Shown: positions 8,169 to 16,267, counted from the stretch's first letter. The stretch is DNA of 32,000 nt from Propionibacteriaceae bacterium (GCA_031256725.1 JAIRQE010000015.1:30001-62000); one strand, 5' to 3'. A program made the numbers and translations. Notes: generated by a model from the sequence alone, not told the origin.

Positions 8169-8446
8169 GAGCATGCTCCTTCATGTGTGGGGCATAGCCC
8201 CTGTTGCTCGAGCTCCCACTCGTAGGCTTCTTGGGTACCTGGTACTGGGTCATAGCCTCCGTGGGACCATGGGTTGCAGCGCAGTATCCTCCATATGATC
8301 AGCGCTGATCCTTTGAATGCCCCATGGGTTTCGACTGCACCCAACCCGTACTCTGAGCAGGAGGGGAAGTACTTGCAGGTCTGACCGTAACTGGGCGAGA
8401 TCACTGCTCTCCAGAATTTGATGAAGTAGATGAGTACCCACTTCAT
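8165..8446 (-). CDS. yidD: Membrane protein insertion efficiency factor YidD
   Basis: 'ISPSYGQTCKYFPSCSEYGLGAVETHGAFKGSALIIWRILRCNPWSHGGYDPVP' is the YidD signature. Confidence 0.9.
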   Translation of the reverse strand: MKWVLIYFIKFWRAVISPSYGQTCKYFPSCSEYGLGAVETHGAFKGSALIIWRILRCNPWSHGGYDPVPGTQEAYEWELEQQGLCPTHEGACS

Positions 8447-8763
8447 GGATGTACCTTGCGGTGGGCTTCAGCCCAAGCTGTGGTGAGGTCGCTGCGAAGG
8501 TCACCCTCACAGGGAAGCGCCCGTACAACAACCTCCATTGGTTGTGAATTAAGGATGAGCTCCCTAGCTCCATGGCGAAGGATTCTTTTAACTCGATTAC
8601 GCTTAACAGCGTTGCCTACCCTTCTCCCCACGATCACGCCAAAGGCAGGAGTCTGGGAGGGTAGGGCATGCAACACCAATGTCGGGCGGGGGACTCGTCG
8701 TCCCGTCCTGGTTACCGACATGATGTCTGCACTCTTGCGCAGCCTAAGATGCTGCGGCAACAT
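8443..8763 (-). CDS. rnpA: Ribonuclease P protein component
   Basis: 106-aa basic protein, 'RLRKSADI...VGNAVKRNRVKRILR', directly downstream of rpmH. It overlaps yidD by 4 nt. Confidence 0.9.
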   Translation of the reverse strand: MLPQHLRLRKSADIMSVTRTGRRVPRPTLVLHALPSQTPAFGVIVGRRVGNAVKRNRVKRILRHGARELILNSQPMEVVVRALPCEGDLRSDLTTAWAEAHRKVHP

Positions 8764-8765
8764 TG

Positions 8766-8903
8766 CTAAACGGTGAGCTCTGCGCGCCCCTTGGCCCTGC
8801 GGGCAGACAAGATCGCGCGGCCAGCACGGGTCCGCATCCGCGTACGGAACCCATGAACCCGGTTACGGCGCCGATTGCTCGGCTGATAGGTACGCTTGGT
8901 CAC
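8766..8903 (-). CDS. rpmH: 50S ribosomal protein L34
   Basis: Not in the ORF track because it is only 45 aa. GTG start; translation '(M)[44 protein letters not shown]'. Confidence 0.95.
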   Translation of the reverse strand: MTKRTYQPSNRRRNRVHGFRTRMRTRAGRAILSARRAKGRAELTV

Positions 8904-9130
8904 TAGAACAACTCACATTTCCTGGTATCTATTCCTGTTGGTTCAACAGGGGAATCATCGCAACAAAAGCGACTGTGCAACGATACGCGGAATTCCTTCT
9001 CAAGGCAAGTTCACCACCTTTTCTTGTGGTTCCTCGTTGTTATTATCTGGGCTATTTAGGCTGGAATTCAAGAATTCTCCCATGCCTGGAAAGTGCGGTA
9101 ATCTGTACCTTTGGATACGCAGCCACATAA

Positions 9131-9162
9131 CTGTCCACACCTGTGGATAACTGTGTGGACAG
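9131..9162. promoter_or_regulatory. Three DnaA boxes at the dnaA promoter/5' end
   Basis: CTGTCCACA (9131-9139), TGTGGATAA (9142-9150, perfect) and TGTGGACAG (9154-9162). Boxes 1 and 3 are exact inverted copies. Confidence 0.8.
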
Positions 9163-9193
9163 CGCTAGACACCATCATCAGAGAGGAGACACA

Positions 9194-10558
9194 GTGGCAT
9201 CATCAGACTCCTCAGAATCCTTGATGTCCCTGTGGGATCATCTTCTTTCTTCCACTGATCCTGCAACCCGTGCCCTCCTTGTTACCTGCCAACCATCTAA
9301 TGTTGATAATTCCACTATGCATCTGTTGGTTCCCAATGAGTTCACGAGATCCAGGATTGATCAACGGTTACGTGGCAAAATCGAAGAGACAGCCTCCGAT
9401 TACTACGGCAAAGAGATACACCTGTTAATCCAGGTTGATGAAAATCTTCCCATTCCTGCCCCCACCTTGCCTAATGTTGAGGACCATTCATTCACTGATT
9501 CTCGTTCCAGGGAACAACAGTTGGAAAGACTCAACAACAAGTACACCTTCGAAACCTTCGTTATCGGTCCCTCAAACCGTTTCGCTCATGCTGCTGCTGT
9601 TGCGGTGGCGGAGAGTCCAGGTAAGTCGTACAACCCTTTGATGATTTATGGGGCGTCAGGTTTGGGGAAGACTCATCTCCTTCACGCAATTGGTCACTAT
9701 ATCCATGCCTACTATGGTCGCCTTCGTGTGAAATATGTATCCACTGAAGAGATGACCAACGACTTCATTAACGCTATCTCTGACAATCGTACGACCCACT
9801 TTAGGGCGATGTACCGGGAAGTGGATGTTCTCCTTCTTGACGACATCCAATTTCTTGAGTCGAAGATTGGTACCCAGGAAGAGTTCTTCCATACCTTCAA
9901 TGCACTCCACAATGCACAAAAGCAGATTGTGATGACCTCGGATCGTCCACCAAAAACCCTCGAAGCTCTCGAACTGAGACTCCGCTCCCGATTCGAGTGG
10001 GGGCTGATCGCAGACATCCAACCAGCAGATCTCGAAACGAGGATTGCAATCCTGCGCAAGAAAGCAACAGCTGAAAGACTCATCGTTGAGTCTGAGGTTT
10101 TGGAGTTCATTGCTTCAAGGATCCAAACTTCAATTCGTGAACTGGAGGGGGCACTGATTCGTGTCACCGCCTTTGCCTCACTCAACGGCCAGCCTGTGAG
10201 TCTGTCTCTTGCTGAGATCGTTCTTAAAGACTTGATCCCTGATCGTCTTGATCGCCCGGTCACTGCAGAGTTGATTATGTCAAACACTGCTCACTATTTT
10301 TCTTTGACTGTTGGTGATCTCACGGGTACAAACCGTACTGCGTCTGTAGCGTTGGCTCGCCAAGTTGCGATGTACCTATGTCGTGATCAAACTGATCTTT
10401 CCCTACCCAAGATCGGTGCCCTCTTCGGCCGAGATCACTCAACTGTGATGCATGCCTATAAAAAGGTTTCAGACATGATGGTGAAGGATCGTGGGATTTA
10501 TACCACCATCCAAGAGATCACCTCCCAACTCAAACAAGAGTCCACGTCGTCTCAATAA
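9194..10558 (+). CDS. dnaA: Chromosomal replication initiator protein DnaA
   Basis: Walker A '[13 protein letters not shown]', Walker B 'LLLDDIQFL', and the C-terminal DNA-binding '[13 protein letters not shown]'. Start set to GTG 9194, with GAGAGGAGA ending 4 nt upstream. The track's ATG 9143 lies inside the DnaA boxes. Confidence 0.95.
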   Translation: MASSDSSESLMSLWDHLLSSTDPATRALLVTCQPSNVDNSTMHLLVPNEFTRSRIDQRLRGKIEETASDYYGKEIHLLIQVDENLPIPAPTLPNVEDHSFTDSRSREQQLERLNNKYTFETFVIGPSNRFAHAAAVAVAESPGKSYNPLMIYGASGLGKTHLLHAIGHYIHAYYGRLRVKYVSTEEMTNDFINAISDNRTTHFRAMYREVDVLLLDDIQFLESKIGTQEEFFHTFNALHNAQKQIVMTSDRPPKTLEALELRLRSRFEWGLIADIQPADLETRIAILRKKATAERLIVESEVLEFIASRIQTSIRELEGALIRVTAFASLNGQPVSLSLAEIVLKDLIPDRLDRPVTAELIMSNTAHYFSLTVGDLTGTNRTASVALARQVAMYLCRDQTDLSLPKIGALFGRDHSTVMHAYKKVSDMMVKDRGIYTTIQEITSQLKQESTSSQ

Positions 10559-10580
10559 AGGGCATTCTCCCCTCCCATTG

Positions 10581-10849
10581 TTATCCACAATCGCAGCCAT
10601 ATCTGTGCATAACTTCACCATCATTGTGTCAAAACCTGTGTATAACACTCCATTACCTATTCCAGGATGGATCTATCCACAATCTATCCACAGTATCCAC
10701 AGACTTATCCACAGAAATACCATGGATGTCATTCAGATGCTTTCCTAGGCATATGCAAGTTATCCACAGTATCCACAGACGCTACTACTACTACTAAAAG
10801 ATAAATATCCAAGGTCTTCATAATCACCTTGGCTCAAATCTGTGGACAA
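10581..10849. other. oriC: oriC: DnaA-box cluster in the dnaA-dnaN spacer
   Basis: TTATCCACA at 10581, 10705 and 10760. CTATCCACA at 10673 and 10684. GTATCCACA at 10693 and 10769. Reverse boxes TGTGCATAA at 10604, TGTGTATAA at 10637 and TGTGGACAA at 10841. Confidence 0.9.
10760..10813 (+). promoter_or_regulatory. Predicted origin unwinding module: tandem DnaA boxes, GC spacer, DnaA-trio (CTA)5 and an AT-rich tract
   Basis: TTATCCACA-GTATCCACA-GACG-CTACTACTACTACTA-AAAGATAAATAT. The complement of CTA reads 3'-GAT-5', which is the DnaA-trio consensus. Confidence 0.7.
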
Positions 10850-11096
10850 ATCACTTCCCCATTCCCTTCCGTTGTTGCCCCATGCTCAAGAACCCCATTC
10901 TTATCAATCCTTGAATAGCCTGATAATTACCTGTGGGGTCTATCGGCTAAACGGTGTAAGTGGCTCTACTGCCCTGGTGGGCGGAAGGAGTCATAGATGA
11001 CTGCAACACTAGTGGTTATGGAACCCTACCTGTGTGCTGGATTCCGGCAGCGGATTAATTACCTACTAGATTAGATATCTCGTGGCTGGTGTACAC

Positions 11097-11199
11097 GGAG
11101 GGGGTACGTCTATCTCAAACACACTCCCACAGTTGTTTCTTGTAGAAACAACTCCTCCGTTCGGGGATACGGTTTGAGATAGATGTACCCCACTCCTCC
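11097..11199 (+). repeat. Palindromic MITE-like intergenic repeat, copy B (inside the dnaA-dnaN spacer)
   Basis: GGAGGGGGTACGTCTATCTCAAAC...central hairpin AGTTGTTTCT-TGT-AGAAACAACT...GTTTGAGATAGATGTACCCCACTCCTCC. The terminal arms are inverted repeats of each other and match copies A and C. Confidence 0.8.
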
Positions 11200-11326
11200 A
11201 AACATAAATCACGAAAAAACCAAGAACCATCACAACTAGCATAATAAGACATCAAGATAGAATTCTAAGAGACAATGTAGGACTTGACCCACCGAATCGG
11301 TATGATGCATAGAACAAGGAGTACCC

Positions 11327-12484
11327 ATGAAGATTCAACTCGACAAAGACGTTCTAGCTGATGCTGTGGCATGGGCAGCACGTTCCCTGCCTCTTCGCCC
11401 ATCTCTGCCAATCTTGGCCGGCCTTCTCATCAAGGCGGAAGCCAACCTGATCACTCTGTCTAGTTTCGATTACGAAACCTCCGCTCAGGTGACCATCAAA
11501 GCAGATGTGGAAGCACCTGGTCTTGTTCTCGTGTCAGGAAAACTCTTGGCAGAGATCACTAAATCTCTTCCCCAGAAGCCTGTGACCTTGACCAGTACAG
11601 ACTCTGAACTTGAACTGGTGTGTGGTTCTGCTCGTTTCTCTTTGCAAACTTTGCCTGCCAATGAGTATCCCGAACTGCCTTCGATGCCTAAGGCTTCTGG
11701 ATGGATTGGTTCTGAGGAGCTTTTGAAGGGTGTGTCGCAGGTGGTTGTTGCCGCTGGTCGTGACGAACTTCTCCCAGTTTTCACTGGTGTCAAAATTGAG
11801 TTTGATGGGGAGAACCTCTCCCTTCTTGGTACAGACAGATATCGTATGGCTCTCAAGGAGATGACCTGGAATCCTTCATCCAAGGTTGCAGAAACCTCGG
11901 CATTGGTCCCTGGTAAGGTTCTTTCCGATACAGCCAAGTCGATGGCTTCCTCTGAACGGATCACTATCTCGTTGGCTGATGTAGCAACAGGAGAGGGTCT
12001 CATCGGTTTCGAAGCCGAGACCACTGATGGTGTACGCCAAATCACCACTCGCCTCCTTGATGGCGAATTCCCGAAGCTTCGCCACCTGATGAATGTTCCC
12101 AACGATATGACTGTTCGGGTGAACACTGCAGATCTCATTTCAGCGGTACGTCGTGTAGCCCTGGTTGCGGAAAAGAATACGTCGTTGCGGATGAAGATTG
12201 AGGATGATTCGGTCACCTTGGAGGCTGCACGTGGTGATCAGGCTCAGGCTTCTGAGGCCGTACCTGCTCTTGTGGATTATGGTAGTGGTGAACCTCCGTT
12301 GTCGGCCGCTGGTTTTAACCCGCACTATCTTCTGGATGCACTGTCGGTGATGGACACCCCCTATGTCCATATTGCGTTCACGGGATCAGGGAAGCCCTGT
12401 TTGATTACGGCTTTGGCCGAGCTTGATGGCGAACCAGCCGAAGACTATCGTCATGTTATCATGCTCATGAGGCTCTCCAACTGA
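11327..12484 (+). CDS. dnaN: DNA polymerase III beta sliding clamp
   Basis: 385-aa ORF preceded by AAGGAG. It begins with the typical 'MKIQLDKDVLADAVAWAARSLP.RPSLPILAGLLI' and sits in the dnaA-dnaN-recF order. Confidence 0.95.
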   Translation: MKIQLDKDVLADAVAWAARSLPLRPSLPILAGLLIKAEANLITLSSFDYETSAQVTIKADVEAPGLVLVSGKLLAEITKSLPQKPVTLTSTDSELELVCGSARFSLQTLPANEYPELPSMPKASGWIGSEELLKGVSQVVVAAGRDELLPVFTGVKIEFDGENLSLLGTDRYRMALKEMTWNPSSKVAETSALVPGKVLSDTAKSMASSERITISLADVATGEGLIGFEAETTDGVRQITTRLLDGEFPKLRHLMNVPNDMTVRVNTADLISAVRRVALVAEKNTSLRMKIEDDSVTLEAARGDQAQASEAVPALVDYGSGEPPLSAAGFNPHYLLDALSVMDTPYVHIAFTGSGKPCLITALAELDGEPAEDYRHVIMLMRLSN

Positions 12485-12494
12485 TCATGGTGCC

Positions 12495-13634
12495 GTGTAC
12501 CTTTCCCAGCTTCATCTGAGCAATTTCAGGTCTTACACCTCGCTCGACCTAGAGCTTTCACCTGGTACCACGATTCTGGTGGGCTCTAACGGGTACGGGA
12601 AAACGAATATTGTCGAAGCAGTACAGTACCTCGCAACGTTGGGATCCCATAGGGTCAGCTCCGATCAGCCTCTGATCCGCCGTGGATCTGATATCGCAAC
12701 CATTGGTGCTCGGGTTCACGCCGGCATTGGTGATGATCGTTGCCTGAGTCTGGCCATCGATCTTCGATCCGGTGCGGCAAACAGAGCCCTTCTCAATAAA
12801 GCGCCAGTACGCCCACGTGAACTCAGGGGAGCTGTACGAACGATCTTCTTCGCCCCAGAAGATTTAGCTATCGTACAAGGTGATCCGTCCGAAAGGCGAC
12901 AGTTCATTGACGAACTTATTGTGAGTCGTTGGCCTCGACTTGCTGGAATCAGATCTGAATATGATCGCGCTCTCAAACAGAAGACAGCATTATTGAAGGC
13001 CATCTCGGGGCGCAGTCTTCGTGGTGCCGGAGGTGGAGCTGAAGAAACGGTCGCTGTGTGGGATGAGGAGATTGCTAAACTTGGTGCCGAGATTGTTGCC
13101 GCACGTTTGCGTACCCTCAGTGATAGTGAAGATATGGTGGCGCGTCACTATTCCACAATCGCACCAAAGAGCAATCTGGCATCTGTGAGCTATCATTCAT
13201 CGGCCGTAGCCCATGACTCACAGGCCGACGCGGACTTCCTACGTATAACCCTTGCTGAGGCTATCGCAATGAGAAAATCAGAGGAAATAGCTCGGGGGGT
13301 CTGTCTGGTTGGACCCCATCGTGATGATTGTTCCCTTTCACTAGGAGATTTGCCAGTACGCGGGTATGCCAGTCACGGGGAATCCTGGTCTTTTGCACTA
13401 GCACTCAGGCTCGCCAGTTTGGATCTTTTGCGTGAGGATGGCGTTGAACCGATCCTCATCCTTGACGATGTATTCGCAGAATTAGATAAATCTCGCCGTC
13501 TTGCCGTTGTGGCAGCGATCGACTCTGTTGAACAGGCATTCATCACTGTGGCTGTACCCCATGATTTGCCTCAAAACCTTGAAGGTAGTGTGTATGAGGT
13601 CACACCCGGTACTGTGGTGAAAAAGGAGGTGTGA
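12495..13634 (+). CDS. recF: DNA replication and repair protein RecF
   Basis: GTG start. '(M)YLSQLHLSNFRSY', Walker A 'GSNGYGKTNIVEA' and the signature 'ASHGESWSFALALRLA...ILILDDVFAELD'. Confidence 0.93.
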   Translation: MYLSQLHLSNFRSYTSLDLELSPGTTILVGSNGYGKTNIVEAVQYLATLGSHRVSSDQPLIRRGSDIATIGARVHAGIGDDRCLSLAIDLRSGAANRALLNKAPVRPRELRGAVRTIFFAPEDLAIVQGDPSERRQFIDELIVSRWPRLAGIRSEYDRALKQKTALLKAISGRSLRGAGGGAEETVAVWDEEIAKLGAEIVAARLRTLSDSEDMVARHYSTIAPKSNLASVSYHSSAVAHDSQADADFLRITLAEAIAMRKSEEIARGVCLVGPHRDDCSLSLGDLPVRGYASHGESWSFALALRLASLDLLREDGVEPILILDDVFAELDKSRRLAVVAAIDSVEQAFITVAVPHDLPQNLEGSVYEVTPGTVVKKEV

Positions 13635-14152
13635 TGAGTGAGGATGAACAGATCCTAGCAAGGCCCCATGACCCCACGGGTACTGATGTGGCTGAGCGGA
13701 TCGCCAATGCTGCTCGTGGTGTTGCTCCAGTGAAGCGCCGTCGTCGTAAAACTCCACCTGATGAAGACTCCCCATGGTCGAGTGCAGGCCCGGGACCCAG
13801 GGACCCTCAACGTGCAGGAGTAGTCCTGGATTCTGTACTCAAAAAACGCGGATGGAAGAAGCAGGTCTCAGTGGCTGCGCTCATGCCTGAGTGGGCTAAG
13901 TTCGTGGGTGATGTTAATGCTGCCCACACAAAACCCGAAAAATGGGAATTAGGAGTTTTGACTATCAGAGCAGAATCTACGACGTGGGCGACCTCTCTTC
14001 GAGCCATGTCCCCGCAGATCATCGCCCGGCTCAACGAGATCCTTGGCCCAAAAACGGTCACCAAACTCCATATTCTTGGCCCCCAAGCCCCCTCATGGAA
14101 AAAGGGGCTCCGCTCTGTACCAGGGCGAGGCCCACGGGATACCTACGGCTAG
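13634..14152 (+). CDS. dciA: DUF721/DciA-family protein (Rv0004-like, conserved after recF)
   Basis: 'VLDSVLKKRGW...WAKFVGDVNAAHTKPEKWELGVLTIRAESTTWATSLR...II.RLNE' with a C-terminal '...GPRDTYG'. ATG 13634 overlaps the recF stop, and AAGGAGG lies 4 nt upstream. Confidence 0.8.
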   Translation: MSEDEQILARPHDPTGTDVAERIANAARGVAPVKRRRRKTPPDEDSPWSSAGPGPRDPQRAGVVLDSVLKKRGWKKQVSVAALMPEWAKFVGDVNAAHTKPEKWELGVLTIRAESTTWATSLRAMSPQIIARLNEILGPKTVTKLHILGPQAPSWKKGLRSVPGRGPRDTYG

Positions 14153-14590
14153 ACGATGATGTAGCATCAGTACCGCAACAATCCATAGAAGTCCGCACTT
14201 GAATCGCTGGAGTATCAAGCAGGAAGAACATAAGAAATACTCTGACTGACTTAGCGTAGCGCTATCGGGAGTTCACCGCTAAGGTCTATTCTCCAACGAA
14301 TCAGATCATCACACCTGACTGGATTTTGTCGTTTATTGGAGTACCTTGCTCCTGTTTCTTCTCGGGGGTTTATATTCTGTGAATCGAAGACTGGGGCCTA
14401 CCGCGCTCATCCTATTGTGCCAACCATGACCTACAACATGGGATGGTGCTCCTCAGCGGACCTGACTATCGCCTATTCCATTTCAACGTCGTAACCAGCA
14501 TCCTTATGATTCTTGCTGTGCTCGCTCAACCGACAATCATAGAGTCTGAGGCTGGTACTTCAGGATTATCGACACCACCATAGACAGAAA

Positions 14591-14609
14591 ATACCCTATG
14601 GGGTATAAT
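14591..14609 (+). promoter_or_regulatory. CsoR-family-type operator (ATACCC-TATG-GGGTAT) overlapping a TATAAT -10 box of a leaderless thioredoxin transcript
   Basis: ATACCCTATGGGGTAT (14591-14606) is a 6-4-6 inverted repeat. TATAAT (14604-14609) ends 6 nt before ATG 14616, and there is no SD. Confidence 0.55.
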
Positions 14610-14615
14610 TGAGCT

Positions 14616-14960
14616 ATGTCTATCACTGAGGTCACCCTGGATTCTTTCGAGTCGTTTGTATCTAAGCCCGGAATTGCCTTCCTGGATTGCTGGGCTGAAT
14701 GGTGCCCACCATGTCGGGCATTCAAGCCCGTCTTTGAGGCAGCTGCGACACAGAACCCCGAGATCGCCTTCGGTTCACTCAATACCCAACAAGAGCAGGT
14801 ACTAGCGAGCGAACTGGAGATTACATCCATCCCCACAATCATGGCATTCCGTGACGGGATACTCGTCTACCGCGAACCGGGGGCTATGCCCGCCAAGGGT
14901 TTCGCCCAGCTCATCCAAGCCGTACAAGATTTAGATATGGCGAAAATCCAGGCTTCCTAG
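14616..14960 (+). CDS. Thioredoxin-family protein with a WCPPC active site
   Basis: 114-aa ORF with 'FLDCWAEWCPPCRAFKPVFE' and the cis-Pro region 'ITSIPTIMAFRDG'. Confidence 0.9.
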   Translation: MSITEVTLDSFESFVSKPGIAFLDCWAEWCPPCRAFKPVFEAAATQNPEIAFGSLNTQQEQVLASELEITSIPTIMAFRDGILVYREPGAMPAKGFAQLIQAVQDLDMAKIQAS

Positions 14961-15130
14961 GAGAAGTTCCCCACACAGAAAAGGTTCCCATCAGGATCCT
15001 TCAAGGGTGGACCAGGTTTCCATCTCATAAGCAATCGACACATGAGCGGCGATAAGGCGTTCAGAGCAAAGAGATGAAAGATTTCAAGAGATTTCGCAAA
15101 GTGGGAATAGAACACAATCGAATGTGGTTG
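14957..15130 (-). pseudogene. Possible relic of a glyoxalase/VOC-family gene (C-terminal part only, probable frameshifts)
   Basis: The minus strand ends '...GPPLKDPDGNLFCVGNFS*', matching the VOC C-terminal 'F.DPDGN..E'. An adjacent frame reads 'ERLIAAHVSIAYEMETW'. The upstream part of the 112-aa track ORF has no similarity and would run through the structured RNA region. Confidence 0.3.
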
Positions 15131-15189
15131 TATAAGGTGACACCGTCTCCCGAGGGAAACCTCGAGAAAAAGTGTGACTCTTCCCCGAG

Positions 15190-15345
15190 TGGACCGGAGC
15201 GAATCCCCCCCTCTCGCTCCGGCACATTCGAGACACACGTCGGTGCCAGTACGTCGGCGGGTCACTCCCCCCCAGCCCGCCGACGTGCTGAACACAAGAA
15301 ACCCCCCTGATTTGCGGCGGACACGTGGTCAGGGGGATTCTTTGT
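15190..15345 (+). ncRNA. Candidate 6C-family sRNA: two GC-stem hairpins with C6/C7 loops plus an intrinsic terminator
   Basis: Hairpin 1: CCGGAGCGA-[AUCCCCCCUC]-UCGCUCCGG (15192-15219). Hairpin 2: ACGUCGGCGGG-[UCACUCCCCCCCAG]-CCCGCCGACGU (15248-15283). Terminator: CCCCCUGA...UCAGGGGG (15300-15333), followed by AUUCUUUGUUCU. Confidence 0.55.
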
Positions 15346-15585
15346 TCTCCCCAATCTCAAACGTGATACGGATGATACGAGACTTCCGACCCTCCTAGGC
15401 TTTGCGTTGAGTACCAATGCACCATTTGCCCCGCTGCTTTTCACAACCGCAAAGAAGCACTCAAGAAGACTTACAAATCTGGGCACTTTGGCAACAGACC
15501 TGGGTATCTGGCTCACAGCACTGACACCCAAGCAAGCTGAGGAGTGGCTCTAGATTCTGCGGTACCCCAGGACTAATCTGGATAC

Positions 15586-16242
15586 ATGACGGTCATTATG
15601 GAAACTCCACTGATGGTGGTACGGCAGAGGTCAGTGGGACCTTGGGACAATAACGTGTTTATGATTACGGCAGGTGACTCTGGGGAGCAGATCCTGGTTG
15701 ATGCGGCAGATGATACACCAGCGATTCTGGAACTCATTGAGTCAGCCAGGGAAGATGGGCCTGACCCACGAGTGGTACTTATTATGACAACTCATTCCCA
15801 CGAGGATCATATTGAGGCGCTTGCTGACATGGTACACACAACAAAAGCAAGAACCGCCGCCGGCCGAGAAGACGCTTCAGCCATAGAAGACCACACTGGG
15901 GTAAAAATAGAAGTCCTGGTGGACCACGGTTCAATGATAGAGATAGCAGGACTGTCTCTATCAGTCATTTCATTAAGAGGGCATACCCCAGGATCTGTGG
16001 CACTGGTGTACCAAGAAGAAAACCAACCAACGCTCATCCTGACAGGCGACTCCCTCTTTCCCGGTGGAGTGGGAAACACCGATCAGGACCCCCAACGCTT
16101 CACCTCCCTCTTCACCGATGTCACGACAAGGATCTTCGATGTCTATTCCGATGACACAATCATCTGGCCTGGGCATGGTACCTCCACAACCTTAGGTAAA
16201 GAACGACCCCACTTGCAGGAATGGTACAAACGCGGATGGTAA
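15586..16242 (+). CDS. MBL-fold metallo-hydrolase (glyoxalase II-like)
   Basis: 218-aa ORF with the metal motif 'TTHSHEDHIEAL' (HxHxDH), plus 'LRGHTPGS' and 'GDSLFPGGVGNTD'. Confidence 0.88.
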   Translation: MTVIMETPLMVVRQRSVGPWDNNVFMITAGDSGEQILVDAADDTPAILELIESAREDGPDPRVVLIMTTHSHEDHIEALADMVHTTKARTAAGREDASAIEDHTGVKIEVLVDHGSMIEIAGLSLSVISLRGHTPGSVALVYQEENQPTLILTGDSLFPGGVGNTDQDPQRFTSLFTDVTTRIFDVYSDDTIIWPGHGTSTTLGKERPHLQEWYKRGW

Positions 16243-16267
16243 AGGACCTAGCTACTTCATGGTTGAT

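Noticed and set aside
9143-9193. ATG 9143 as the dnaA start (ORF-track start)
   Set aside because: It lies inside the DnaA-box triplet and has no SD, and the encoded '[17 protein letters not shown]' is not DnaA-like. GTG 9194 has a good SD.
10491-10748. 85-aa ORF across the dnaA 3' end and the DnaA-box cluster. The periodic 'tatccaca' repeats were also considered as a possible CRISPR or tandem-repeat array.
   Set aside because: The repeats are 9-bp DnaA boxes at irregular spacing, with no spacer/repeat architecture and no cas genes. The ORF is an artefact of the origin sequence.
14607-14618. Shared 'AATTGAGCT(C)TATG' upstream of the thioredoxin gene and at 16865..16878, considered as a common promoter or leaderless-start motif
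   Set aside because: Exact matches of 9-10 nt are expected many times by chance in 32 kb. The second instance would start a 4-codon ORF.
14957-15295. Full 112-aa minus-strand ORF as an intact gene
   Set aside because: Only the last ~25-50 codons resemble a VOC/glyoxalase C-terminus. The N-terminal two thirds run antisense through the GC hairpins of the candidate 6C RNA and look non-coding. I kept only a low-confidence relic.
15190-15540. tmRNA, RNase P RNA, SRP RNA or a riboswitch as the explanation for the structured spacer
   Set aside because: There is no tRNA-like acceptor/T-arm with a ...CCA end and no tag-peptide frame, which rules out tmRNA. There is no GAGGAAAGUCCGG-type core (RNase P) and no GGAAG/AGCA SRP domain-IV motif. 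On the plus strand it does sit upstream of the MBL gene, but the segment ends in its own terminator ~240 nt before that gene's start, and I recognised no riboswitch core. The C-rich-loop twin hairpins fit 6C better.
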